From an uncultured Nitrospinota bacterium (lineage in GTDB: Bacteria > Tectomicrobia > Entotheonellia > J063 > CAVPRW01), in NCBI GenBank assembly GCA_963707985.1, contig CAVPRW010000024.1, positions 180,227-244,226 on the forward strand: a stretch of 64,000 nucleotides of DNA, read 5' to 3'. Shown here one piece after another: positions 10,852-20,544 of the stretch (within the stretch, counting starts at the first letter, position 1; each line of letters begins with the position of its first letter). A model generated the notes under the pieces. That model worked only from the letters and a program-made list of their open reading frames with translations, did no database searches and was not told the DNA's origin. The translations under genes were made by a program, and so were the position numbers.

Positions 10852-12072
10852 ATGGATTTTTTTAGTTATTTTCGATTACATAGTATCATCGATATCCTCT
10901 TGGTGTCCTTTCTCCTTTACCAACTGTATCTCTGGGTACGGGAAAGTCGTGCACTGCGAGCCTTAGCAGGTCTTGCGGTCATTGGTCTCCTGTCTTTGCT
11001 AGCCCGGTGGACGGGGATGGTGATGACGGGGTGGCTGTTTCAATCACTGTGGTCGATCATTCTTTTGGTTATCGTCATCGTGTTTCAGCCGGAAATCCGG
11101 CGTATCCTTGAACGCATGAATCCCCTCGACCTGCTGCGTGGCCAGCCGATCACGCTACAACGCGAGACGCTGGTTGAGCTGACGGAAACAGTCTTCGACA
11201 TGGCGCGCGAGAAGATCGGAGCGCTGATCGTGCTGCCCGGCCATGAGGCCATCGACGAATATCTCCGTGAGGGGGTCCACCTCGAAGCAATCGTCAGCCG
11301 CGAACTGATTCGGACAATCTTTCAGCCGCCATCACCCACCCACGATGGCGCGGCGGTGATTCGAGCCAATCGGGTCGAACGCGCTGCCTGTTTCTTACCG
11401 ATGACCACAGCGAGTGGGCTCCCCTCTGAGTACGGAGCGCGCCACCGAGCCGCCATTGGGCTCACCGAACGTTGCGACGCCTTGTGCCTCTTGGTGTCAG
11501 AGGAGCGTGGGACCGTTTCCCTGGCCCGCAAGGGTACCCTGATCCCATTCTTTGAACCGGCGCGTTTGCAGCAAGAGCTGGAACAGGAACTGGAGGACAC
11601 ACTCTCGGGTGATGCGGGGAAGCGCCCCTGGCGGGCACTCCTCACCAATAATCTCTGGGCGAAGGGGATGGCGGTCGGGTTGGCAGGGTTGCTATGGGTG
11701 GCGCTGGCTGGTCAGCCGGGCTCTGAGATTGCCATGACCATTCCCGTCGAGTACCAACAGATCGCGCCTGCCATCGAGCTGCGTGGCGAAGTGCCTCGTG
11801 AGGTGAACGTGCGTTTACGTGGCTCTCAACTGGCCCTGGAAGCCATGCGGTCGCGTCCGGTGCGCGCTCGTGTGAGCTTGGCGCAGGTGCGAGAGGGGAT
11901 CAACTACTTTCTGCTCACGAAAAATCAGATCGATTTGCCCGCAGGCATCGAGATTACGGAGATTCGGCCAGCTCTCCTACTCATCGAAGTCCAGAAGAAG
12001 GAGACCGCTGCCCCCCAACGGAGCAGTGACGGAAACAGCACGTTGCCAACGCTGCCCTACGGTCGACAGTGA
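10852..12072 (+). CDS. cdaA: Diadenylate cyclase CdaA fused to a YbbR/CdaR-like domain
   Basis: Three N-terminal TMs, FQPEIRR, HDGA and GARHRAAIG DAC motifs, VSEERG; further TM then YbbR-like beta domain. Confidence 0.92.
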   Translation: MDFFSYFRLHSIIDILLVSFLLYQLYLWVRESRALRALAGLAVIGLLSLLARWTGMVMTGWLFQSLWSIILLVIVIVFQPEIRRILERMNPLDLLRGQPITLQRETLVELTETVFDMAREKIGALIVLPGHEAIDEYLREGVHLEAIVSRELIRTIFQPPSPTHDGAAVIRANRVERAACFLPMTTASGLPSEYGARHRAAIGLTERCDALCLLVSEERGTVSLARKGTLIPFFEPARLQQELEQELEDTLSGDAGKRPWRALLTNNLWAKGMAVGLAGLLWVALAGQPGSEIAMTIPVEYQQIAPAIELRGEVPREVNVRLRGSQLALEAMRSRPVRARVSLAQVREGINYFLLTKNQIDLPAGIEITEIRPALLLIEVQKKETAAPQRSSDGNSTLPTLPYGRQ

Positions 12073-12240
12073 AGGGGTCCCTACTTGACACGGACATAAA
12101 AAACCGCGACCAGTGAGCGACACAACGCCCATGGGGCAAAAAGGCGGTTGCAGTCGATTTGCTTGCCATGCTATATAGAAAGTACATTTACTTGATATCT
12201 GTGTTTTTCGGTTTGAGCTGTTCAGGCGGCATCAACCCCC

Positions 12241-13515
12241 ATGAAGCCAACCAAGAAAGACTCTCTCGTGGCTGGGCTGGAGGTTGAGTGCGAGTTTCGA
12301 ACCCTCTTTGGGGAACGAATTCTCGCCAAGGACTACCTCCGCATGTGCCCCAGGTTTGAACGCATGCACCACCTGGGAGGCTCGGCACATTTTGACCGCG
12401 ATGATTATGAGATCTCGAGCTTCCCCATCCTATACAGCTTACGCGATTTGCCTATCGCCAAGCTGAGCCTCACCCTGAACCGTTTGCTGGCAACTATCGA
12501 GAGTGACTTTTATAAAGCATCAGAAGTGCTCTCGAAAGCCACCGGCAAAGAGGTTTTTGCCGTTCCCAACAATATCCATATCAGTAAAAGCAGCGCCAGC
12601 CACGACCCCAATCGCAACTACCAGCCCGTCGGTGTCATTGAGCGAGGCTTTGTCTCCGAACGCATCACTTATGATCAAATCACCAAGTCCCGCGTTCCCA
12701 ACGTCCGCACGACCCGGACAAAGTTTCGCAAGGAGATTCTGACCGTTTATCGCCTCGACCTCTCGGTGGAGGTAGACCGGGACGTCCTCTCCGACGTCGA
12801 AGGAGACTTACTCGACCTCTCTGAAGTCTTCGGGGACGATCAAGTCGTTGAGCAGGCTTGGCGTGAGTATCAGGCGCTATCCAACCACCGGTTGGTGCTA
12901 AATTATCGGCAGGCCTGGCTGAACTTGGCCCTGTCCGTACTGGAGTACGTCGAATACTGGAATTGGACGCTGGAATGGAATACCGTCGTCGCACTCCGCA
13001 AGATCAATAAAATCACTGTTGGTGGTTGGGATGTGCCGATTCACGGGGATACATCTTACCGCGAGCTCCTGCGTTGGCTTCTGAGCAAGCCCGAATTTCG
13101 GCGCGGCCTGTTGAAGAATGGTCCACTGGGAGACTACATTCTCGTTAAGGCCGTGGCTGAGGGGTTTTTCGATCACAGCCCGTATCGCACCAATGAGTTG
13201 ATTCGCCTTGAGGGTGAGGTGCCGCTCGTCGAAGACCTCATGATCCATGCCTTGGGGGAAGAGTATATCGCACCACGGCAGTCTGTCGAGGTCCAACCTA
13301 GTATCCCAACCACGCTGAAGACCCTCGACATCAGCTATAAGACCGAGCCCTCCGCCATCAGTGCCGGCATGGGTACAAAGTATGCGGTGGTCTTCCGTCA
13401 GCGCGGCAAACCGAAGGGGACCGAGCGGGTGATTCCGCTCCATCAGGTCGAAGCCATTCAGCAAGCAGTTGACATAGGACGGGAGTGTGACGGACAGGCG
13501 CCTGAGCCTCGATGA
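12241..13515 (+). CDS. Divergent PafA/Dop-like (glutamine-synthetase-fold carboxylate-amine ligase) protein
   Basis: Ordered motifs GLEVE, GGSAHFD..EISS.P, NN..S..H..NY, SER..TKSR.PNVR, YRLDLSV, VLEYVE..TLE..ALRKI parallel PafA/Dop; aligned by eye from memory. Confidence 0.6.
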   Translation: MKPTKKDSLVAGLEVECEFRTLFGERILAKDYLRMCPRFERMHHLGGSAHFDRDDYEISSFPILYSLRDLPIAKLSLTLNRLLATIESDFYKASEVLSKATGKEVFAVPNNIHISKSSASHDPNRNYQPVGVIERGFVSERITYDQITKSRVPNVRTTRTKFRKEILTVYRLDLSVEVDRDVLSDVEGDLLDLSEVFGDDQVVEQAWREYQALSNHRLVLNYRQAWLNLALSVLEYVEYWNWTLEWNTVVALRKINKITVGGWDVPIHGDTSYRELLRWLLSKPEFRRGLLKNGPLGDYILVKAVAEGFFDHSPYRTNELIRLEGEVPLVEDLMIHALGEEYIAPRQSVEVQPSIPTTLKTLDISYKTEPSAISAGMGTKYAVVFRQRGKPKGTERVIPLHQVEAIQQAVDIGRECDGQAPEPR

Positions 13516-14275
13516 TCGCTTGTTCGATGACCGCGCTTTTGCGGCACTGTTCGGGATGCACGATTTCGAATATACCCAGCAGGGGCAGCGTGCCTTAATT
13601 ACCTATACGCAGGACAACAAGCGCCAACTGATTTATCACGATCCAGCGCTGAAACGCTCCAAAGTTCAAAAGCTCATCGCCCACCTCGAAAGCGCACTCG
13701 ATACGCGGCTGAAAAAAGCTGAGTATGAAGAGACTATCCCCTGTGAGCTTTTGCACGTCAAGAAGAATAGCCTCATCGTCGAAGGCAAGGGTTTTTTCCT
13801 CAATCACCACCGTTACCAGTTCAAGCCCAATTACGATTCCTTGGTCGGGATCATTATGCTCTTTAGCATTGGGACTATTTTGTTGATTTTAAGCCTCACC
13901 ATGGATTATCATCACCTCCCAGAGGTGGCCTTCCATAGTGAGATTCGGCGGACGATCCTGCCATTCGGCATCATTCCAGGGATCATCTTCGAGATCGGCG
14001 CTTGTATCTATACCTGGTTCACTACCAAAGCCACCTACCGCGAGATGAAGCTCGTTTCATGCTACAGCAACCGTCTCGTTTCCACCGAAGCGGAGGCGTT
14101 TGAAATCATGCTCCATAATCGGCATTCGAAGCGAAGCCGGTTTTTTCATGGACTGTCGTTCGGGCTCACGGTCGAGCGGCAGCCTAGCACGATTCAACGT
14201 GAGCTGATTAAGCTCTTCGAGTTCGACGCACTTCCCTTGAACAAACTGTCCGCAGTGGACGGCACGGGGTCATGA
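13487..14275 (+). CDS. Hypothetical membrane protein (two predicted TM helices)
   Basis: 262 aa ORF overlapping upstream gene; hydrophobic LVGIIMLFSIGTILLILSLTM and ILPFGIIPGIIFEIGACIYTWF. Confidence 0.75.
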   Translation: MTDRRLSLDDRLFDDRAFAALFGMHDFEYTQQGQRALITYTQDNKRQLIYHDPALKRSKVQKLIAHLESALDTRLKKAEYEETIPCELLHVKKNSLIVEGKGFFLNHHRYQFKPNYDSLVGIIMLFSIGTILLILSLTMDYHHLPEVAFHSEIRRTILPFGIIPGIIFEIGACIYTWFTTKATYREMKLVSCYSNRLVSTEAEAFEIMLHNRHSKRSRFFHGLSFGLTVERQPSTIQRELIKLFEFDALPLNKLSAVDGTGS

Positions 14276-14298
14276 CGGTTCGGGAGGGAGGGACCGCT

Positions 14299-14775
14299 AT
14301 GTTTGAGAAAACACGCGAAATCATTCGGAAAGATCGCTATGGGTTTCCAGATGAGGGATTCCCACACCGAGTTGTCATGGCGGGAAACCCCCAGGCCAGC
14401 CTTTCCCGCAGAGAGTTTTCGTTAATGACCGGGTGCGAGCCGATTCTAGCAGGTGATATCCAGGACAATCCAAACTATGATCATAGGCTCCCCCCCTCTC
14501 AGGACAATTTCCTCTTCACCGTCACTGTTACGGTCGAATTGCTTGGCGGCACCCGTAACCTTGTCTGCGACGGCAAGGAGCTCTACCTCGTCCATGGCGC
14601 GCATAAACATCGCCTGAACGACGAGGGGCTGGTGCGGAAGCGCGCGATACAGATCGAGATCAAGGCTAGGGAACTCGCCAAAGTTTTTGAGGACCTTGAA
14701 GAGCGCATCCTCCAGTCAGTCACAGAAATCCGGCCCAGTGGGGTCGATCGGTTGCCGCCTGTATTGAGCCGATAG
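14299..14775 (+). CDS. Hypothetical protein, C-terminal helical/coiled-coil segment
   Basis: GGAGGG RBS before ATG 14299 (alternative ATGA-coupled start at 14272); no recognised family. Confidence 0.7.
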   Translation: MFEKTREIIRKDRYGFPDEGFPHRVVMAGNPQASLSRREFSLMTGCEPILAGDIQDNPNYDHRLPPSQDNFLFTVTVTVELLGGTRNLVCDGKELYLVHGAHKHRLNDEGLVRKRAIQIEIKARELAKVFEDLEERILQSVTEIRPSGVDRLPPVLSR

Positions 14776-14846
14776 TTTGCTACGCCTCCCTTCCTTCTCC
14801 CCTATCGAGGTTCTATGAAGGGACGGGGGAAGGGAGTCTCTCCCCA

Positions 14847-14891
14847 ATAAGCGCGGGCTCGTTGGCCCACAGGCAACGAGCCCGCGCTTAT
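14847..14891. terminator. Perfect 18-bp inverted repeat closing the three-gene operon
   Basis: ATAAGCGCGGGCTCGTTG-9 nt-CAACGAGCCCGCGCTTAT. Confidence 0.75.
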
Positions 14892-15027
14892 GCCCGGATT
14901 CACACTCTTTGAACCCCCAAAGATCTGTATCGCGTCCTGGTACTGTCCCTATCATCGCTGACTGATTCCGGGTGACCTAACGCATAACCGACGACTTGTC
15001 GAAACAGCTATCACGATTGCCGCCGGA

Positions 15028-15498
15028 TTAGGTGCGGTTTGGATCATCACCCCGGAACTGTGTATCTGCGGTTATTCCTTCGCCGACCAGATCGGTACCG
15101 AGTGGATCCACCCACAACCTGAGGTGTCGTGGTTTGTACGAGTATACGACCTGGCGTGAGATATCCATCGTACTGGCACCATCGGCCACGACGATCGTAT
15201 CCTCGGCAATGTAATCCCGCACCTCGCGATGCATTCGGTAGTAGCCCCTCGGTATGGCATCGGAGTCCAGCATCGGCTGAACCGTCGTCTGATTTTTCAG
15301 GGCATACTCGCGCAAGCTGCGGATCCAATCGGTCTCGCCGTGTTTGACTGGATTATCGTTCCAGGCCTCGTTGAGCTGGGCCAGGACCATGTTGTTGACG
15401 ATCGAACCCACGGGATCGCCAGGTAGCACATACACCGTATCCATCCCTTCATGCCTTAACGCTTCGATGACAAGTTGTGCACCAATCACTTCAACCAT
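15028..15498 (-). pseudogene. Internally deleted ThDP-dependent enzyme (oxalyl-CoA decarboxylase/2-hydroxyacyl-CoA lyase-like)
   Basis: N-terminal GAQLVIEALRHEG..YVLPG joined directly to mid-protein YYRMHREVRD..DTIVVADGASTMDISR; only 156 aa. Confidence 0.75.
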
Positions 15499-15530
15499 CC
15501 CTGTCCACCTTGTCGCCAGCAGCGCACGGC

Positions 15531-15926
15531 CTAGAGGGAAGCAACTCCGGCACGAGCAACCTCTTCGTCCTCCTCGCTCCGTGCCCCGCTCACACCAATG
15601 GCACCAAGCAACTCATTACCTCGCTTGATAGGGATGGCACCTTGCTGTGGAATGATCTGCCCGTCTTCCATGAGCATCAGGGCGCGCATCACCGGGTTGT
15701 TGGCGCGATCGGTGAGCTCAGCGCTCGGCACGCCAAACGCGACGGAGGCATAAGCCTTACCACGGGACACCGGCATGGTACGCCACAGCGCCCCATCCAG
15801 GCGTAGCGCTGCCAGCAGATCGCCACGCGCGTCGACGATCGAAATGCCAACGATTACGCCCATATCCAACGCTTTCTTCTTCGCTGCTTGGAGCATGCGT
15901 TCAATCTCTACCAAGGTCAGAGCCAT
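15531..15926 (-). CDS. GlcG/HbpS family heme-binding protein
   Basis: ISIVDARG..RLDGA..KAY..GAIPI..GAIGVSGA..EDEEVARAG. Confidence 0.9.
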   Translation of the reverse strand: MALTLVEIERMLQAAKKKALDMGVIVGISIVDARGDLLAALRLDGALWRTMPVSRGKAYASVAFGVPSAELTDRANNPVMRALMLMEDGQIIPQQGAIPIKRGNELLGAIGVSGARSEEDEEVARAGVASL

Positions 15927-16258
15927 CGTCTCTCCCCCATCGTTGTGGTCGTGGGTACAAGGGGTTTTCGGTGACAAAATGCCGGGAATCGGACCTGCTG
16001 GCAACGAGCCTTTATCACGTGAACAGATTTAATTTTCTAAGGCAGGATACTCTACCAAGATCGGGACTGTGGCACAAGGCAGAAAATAGCGATCGGCGCA
16101 GATTTCTGAAGGCGATGCACTCGTACGGCTGGGTCATTCAGCCTTGTCATCACAGTGAGTGGCCGGAGTATAAAGTGGACATCACGGCTAATTTTGCTTC
16201 GCCGGGCGCAAATTCTGGCTATAATATTCGCCGTGTGGTAGAGAAACCGAAGGAGGTC

Positions 16259-16458
16259 ATGATGCGCACGACACACACCCTGGCAACCGCTGACGCGTTG
16301 TTTGTGATGCCCGATGATGGTGTTCGCTATGAACTGGTCAGAGGAGAGCTCCGACGTATGCCACCTGCTGGCAGTGAGCATGGGGCAGTCATACCGAGTC
16401 AGACACCCTGGACGGCGGTGAGGTTCTGCCAGGCTTTGCTTGTCGCGTCGCAGAATGA
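16259..16458 (+). pseudogene. Uma2-family endonuclease remnant (internal deletion)
   Basis: PDDGVRYELVRGELRRMPPAGSEHG N-terminus followed at once, in another frame, by C-terminal DTLDGGEVLPGFACRVAE. Confidence 0.75.
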
Positions 16459-16627
16459 TTTATCTGTACAGATGTAGAAGGTTACTTTTACGCTGGCAAC
16501 TGATGGGTAAGCAGCAGGTCAAGGGCGTTTGGCCCGGCTGGCGCCACATCCTGATCCGGCAGAACAGGTACGGCCATCGCATTGAGTTGATGGAATCCGA
16601 CATCCAGCTCACATTGAGGAGTGGTGT

Positions 16628-18046
16628 ATGCCCAATTCCGAGATTTGTTTCTTGACTGCCACCGAGTTGGCCCGTCGCATCCGTGTGAAGGACGTGTCGG
16701 CGCGTGAAGTGATGGAGGCCCATTTGTCTCAGATCGACCGCGTCAATCCCAAGGTAAACGCCATTGTCACGCTGCTGCCCGAGCTGGCGATGGCACAGGC
16801 CAAACACGCCGACGAGGCATTAGCTCGTGGCGCGGAGATCGGCCCCCTACACGGATTGCCTATTGCTCATAAAGACCTGGTACCCACGAAGGGCATCCGC
16901 ACGACCTATGGCTCGCGCATCTTCAAAGATTATGTGCCAGATCATGATGGACTGATCGTCGAACGTCTCAAGAAGGCGGGGGCGATTACGATCGGCAAGA
17001 CCAATACACCCGAGTTCGGGGCCGGCTCGCAAACGTTCAATGAAGTCTTCGGGGCGACTCTCAACCCGTATGATATGACGAAAACCTGTGGCGGTAGCAG
17101 CGGTGGCGCGGCGGTGGCGCTCGCCTGTGGGATGCTGCCGATCGCTGATGGTAGTGACACCGGCGGCTCACTGCGCAACCCGGCAAATTTCTGCAATGTC
17201 GTAGGGTTTCGCACGGCTCCTGGTCGAGTACCGGTGTGGCCAACCCAGCTTGGCTGGTGGGGGATTTCCGTGCAAGGACCGATGGCGCGCACGGTGCAGG
17301 ACACGGCGCTGATGTTGAGTGCCATCGCCGGTCCCGACCCGCGCTCGCCGATCGCCATTGCCGAGCCAGGAAGTCTATTCGCTCGGCCGCTAGGACGTGA
17401 TTTCAAGGGGGTGCGCATCGCCTGGAGTCGCGATCTCGGTGGCATCCCAGTCGATACGCGTATCACCGCGGTGCTCGACAGCCAACGGCCGAAGTTTGAG
17501 GCGCTGGGGTGTGTGATCGACGATGCCACACCGGATTTCAGCGATGCCGACGAGATCTTTCAGGTCTGGCGCGCCTGGCGTATGGAGCTCGTCTATGGCG
17601 ACCACGTGAGAAACCGGCGCGAACTGGTGAAGGATACAGTGATCTGGAACGTGGAGGCTGGCACGAAATTGACCGGTCTTCAACTCAGCCAGGCGGAGCG
17701 CAAGCGGACTGAGTTGTATCACCGCCTGCGGCAATTCATGGAAACGTATGACTTCCTGGTCCTGCCGGTCAGTCAGGTGCCGCCATTCGACATTAAGCAA
17801 CCCTACATCACCGAAATCAATGGCATCAAGATGCAGACCTATATCGACTGGATGAAATCGTGCTACTACATCACCGTCACCGGGCTGCCGGCTATTTCCG
17901 TGCCTGGTGGCTTCACACCTGAGGGATTGCCGGTCGGTATCCAGATCGTTGGACGCCATCAAGATGACTTCGGCGTGTTGCAGCTCGCCCACGCCTTCGA
18001 GCAGGCCACCGGTCATTGGCAGACGCGACCGTTGGTGGCAGCGTAG
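16628..18046 (+). CDS. Amidase signature family enzyme
   Basis: GPLHGLPIAHKD, GKTNTPEFG, GGSSGGAA, GSDTGGSLRNPA. Confidence 0.95.
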   Translation: MPNSEICFLTATELARRIRVKDVSAREVMEAHLSQIDRVNPKVNAIVTLLPELAMAQAKHADEALARGAEIGPLHGLPIAHKDLVPTKGIRTTYGSRIFKDYVPDHDGLIVERLKKAGAITIGKTNTPEFGAGSQTFNEVFGATLNPYDMTKTCGGSSGGAAVALACGMLPIADGSDTGGSLRNPANFCNVVGFRTAPGRVPVWPTQLGWWGISVQGPMARTVQDTALMLSAIAGPDPRSPIAIAEPGSLFARPLGRDFKGVRIAWSRDLGGIPVDTRITAVLDSQRPKFEALGCVIDDATPDFSDADEIFQVWRAWRMELVYGDHVRNRRELVKDTVIWNVEAGTKLTGLQLSQAERKRTELYHRLRQFMETYDFLVLPVSQVPPFDIKQPYITEINGIKMQTYIDWMKSCYYITVTGLPAISVPGGFTPEGLPVGIQIVGRHQDDFGVLQLAHAFEQATGHWQTRPLVAA

Positions 18047-18106
18047 GTCCTTCAAGCCCCTGACCAGGAGTTGGCGACTCGACCGAGGCCTGTTGGAGAA
18101 ACACTG

Positions 18107-18586
18107 ATGAAGGCGCAGCAAGATGCTCACGTCCTCGGTGTCATCTCAGATACGCATGGACTGATACGTCCTGAAGCTATCAAAGCCCTTGAGGGCGTCG
18201 AGATGATCATCCATGCGGGGGATATCGGGACGCCACAGGTGCTCGACACCTTGCAGGCCATCGCCCCGGTGATCGCTGTCCGGGGGAACAATGACAAGGG
18301 GGATTGGGTGCACGCCCTGTCCGAAACTGAAGTGGTTCAGGTGGGGGGGGTCTCGCTCTACGTATTACACGATGTCAAGACCCTTGACCTCGACCCAGGG
18401 GCCGCAGGATTCCATGCGGTCATCAGCGGCCATTCCCACCAACCAGCCATGGCCAAACGGCAGGGTATTCTATATCTAAACCCTGGCAGCGCTGGGCCGC
18501 GGCGTTTCAAGTTGCCAATATCGGTGGCCCGAGTCATCATCCACGGCGGTACCGTCGACGCTCAACTTCTCGAACTGGCAGTCTGA
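18107..18586 (+). CDS. Metallophosphoesterase (YfcE/MJ0936 family)
   Basis: ISDTHG, HAGD, VRGNND, GHSH, NPGSAG. Confidence 0.93.
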   Translation: MKAQQDAHVLGVISDTHGLIRPEAIKALEGVEMIIHAGDIGTPQVLDTLQAIAPVIAVRGNNDKGDWVHALSETEVVQVGGVSLYVLHDVKTLDLDPGAAGFHAVISGHSHQPAMAKRQGILYLNPGSAGPRRFKLPISVARVIIHGGTVDAQLLELAV

Positions 18587-18704
18587 CTTAGGAGCCAAGA
18601 CACGAGGCGCCTAGCGATGTCTCCCTTTCCCTGGCTGTGGGTGGATTCAGGAGGGGATGAAATGCTGGCGTCCAAAATTTCGTCCTGTTCATGCGTGAGC
18701 CTTC

Positions 18705-19628
18705 ATGACCTTCAGCCCATTAGACAAACGAATTCCCGTCCTCGTGATCTCCGGATTTCTGGGCTCTGGCAAGACGACGCTGGTGTCCTACTTGCTGAAA
18801 GAGGCCCAGGTGAAGGGTGCTCGCATCGCCGTCGTCTCTAATGAGTTCGGCGCCTTGGGCATCGATCGGGCCTTACTCGGCCAGGGTGGCGAGGCATACG
18901 TAGAGTTGGAAGGGGGCTGCGTCTGCTGCCAGCTGTCCGATGAGCTGGTCAATACGTTACAGATGTTGCGGGAACGCGTCAATCCTGACGGTATCATCGT
19001 CGAGACTTCAGGCGTCGCTCTGCCGTTCGATACGCAGCTCCAGGTCTGGCGTGAACCGGTTTGTCGTTGGGTGGACGACGACATGGCTGTGGTCGTCGTC
19101 AACGCCGAACAGCTGTTTGAGCAACGGGATCTCGATGGCACCTTCGAGGACCAAGTGTCCTCGGCCGACCTTTTACTACTCAATAAAGTCGATCTGGTCC
19201 CACAGGAATCACTCGAATCGCTTGAAGCTGTCCTGCACCGGATGGCTCCAGATACGCCGGTGGTGCACTCGCTCCATGGCCAGGTCGATCCCTCTGTCCT
19301 CTTTCCACCCGTCCTTCGGGATCTGCGTACCCAGCGCCGCACTGCTGGCGCCGAGTCAACGTTGCATCGGCATGAATCCTTCCTGTCGTACGAGCTTCCT
19401 GTAGAGGATGGCGTTGAGCCCCACACGCTCATCGAACGCCTGCGGAGCCTTGGCATGCTGCGCGGCAAGGGCTTTGTGCGAACCGCTGACGGACCGCGAC
19501 TAGTCCAGGGTGTTGGTCGGCGCATTGAATTGACTGAGTTGCAGTTTTCCCCACCAGTAGGATTGATGGGGCGAGTCGTCATCATCACTCGGCCCCCAGA
19601 ACAGGGGAGATACCATGATTCCGCTTAA
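18705..19628 (+). CDS. CobW/COG0523 family GTPase metallochaperone
   Basis: GFLGSGKTT, NEFG, GGCVCC, ETSG, NKVD. Confidence 0.93.
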   Translation: MTFSPLDKRIPVLVISGFLGSGKTTLVSYLLKEAQVKGARIAVVSNEFGALGIDRALLGQGGEAYVELEGGCVCCQLSDELVNTLQMLRERVNPDGIIVETSGVALPFDTQLQVWREPVCRWVDDDMAVVVVNAEQLFEQRDLDGTFEDQVSSADLLLLNKVDLVPQESLESLEAVLHRMAPDTPVVHSLHGQVDPSVLFPPVLRDLRTQRRTAGAESTLHRHESFLSYELPVEDGVEPHTLIERLRSLGMLRGKGFVRTADGPRLVQGVGRRIELTELQFSPPVGLMGRVVIITRPPEQGRYHDSA

Positions 19629-19666
19629 TCAAGCATGGTTCTCAGCTGGCAACAGGGAGATCGATT

Positions 19667-20413
19667 ATGGATAAACCTATCATTCTTGTGGTCAATCCCA
19701 ACACCTCTGAGGAGATGACAGCGGCGATTGACCGCATGGCACAGGCCGCAGCGGTGCCATGCGCGAGAGTCGTGACGACTCGCAGCCACAACGGGCCGTA
19801 TACCATTGAAGGAGCATTGGATGCGGCGTTGGCGACGGCTGGTCTATTGGAGGTGGTCGCTGCCTACCAAGACCCTTTCGATGCTTTAGTGGTGGCCTGC
19901 TTCGGTGATCCGGGGGTGGAGGCGTTACGTATGCTGGTGCGCGTCCCAGTGATCGGCATCGCGGCGGCGTCATTCATGCACGCGGCCTGTCTCAGTCAGC
20001 ATTTTGCCATCGTCACCCCGGTGGCTGGCACGCAGGAGCGGTATGCCGCCGTGGCGGCGGCTATGGGCCTAGACAAGCAGTTTGTGGGGACATACCCAAC
20101 GCCCCTGTCGGTAGCCGACTTCGAGTCTGATGAGCCGGCGGTGCTGGAAACCCTGGTGTTCCATGCTGAGCAAGCGGTGAAGGATGGGGCCGATTGTTTG
20201 CTGTTCGGCTGTGCCGGCATTTCGGATCAGATCCACCACATTGAGGCGCGCGTCGGAGTGACCTGTGTCGCCAGTGTTGCGGCCGGCGTGAGTCAGGCTA
20301 TAGCCTGCCTACGACACTGCCAGCAGCCTCTCGTCGGCGGGCCTTTTCGTCAGATCAAAACTAAACCGCTGGCAGGATTCGAGGCATTGCAGCCCCACTA
20401 TCGGGGGCGATAA
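19667..20413 (+). CDS. Hydantoin/allantoin racemase (Asp/Glu racemase family)
   Basis: VVNPNTSEEMT, ACFGDPG, GCAG catalytic Cys motifs. Confidence 0.9.
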   Translation: MDKPIILVVNPNTSEEMTAAIDRMAQAAAVPCARVVTTRSHNGPYTIEGALDAALATAGLLEVVAAYQDPFDALVVACFGDPGVEALRMLVRVPVIGIAAASFMHAACLSQHFAIVTPVAGTQERYAAVAAAMGLDKQFVGTYPTPLSVADFESDEPAVLETLVFHAEQAVKDGADCLLFGCAGISDQIHHIEARVGVTCVASVAAGVSQAIACLRHCQQPLVGGPFRQIKTKPLAGFEALQPHYRGR

Positions 20414-20544
20414 GGGTAGATAGCGTTGCGGCGAGGGCGGATACTCAGCCCCCCCGCCCTGCGGAGCGGGTTTGGGTGAGTGGGGTATGTGGAGAGCGCA
20501 CACGGAGGGTCGCCTCCGTAGAAATACGTGGTGAGGGGTTGCAC

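Noticed and set aside
12073..12240. Pup/UBact-like small ORF next to the PafA-like gene
   Set aside because: No small ORF ending in GGE/GGQ noticed upstream or directly downstream
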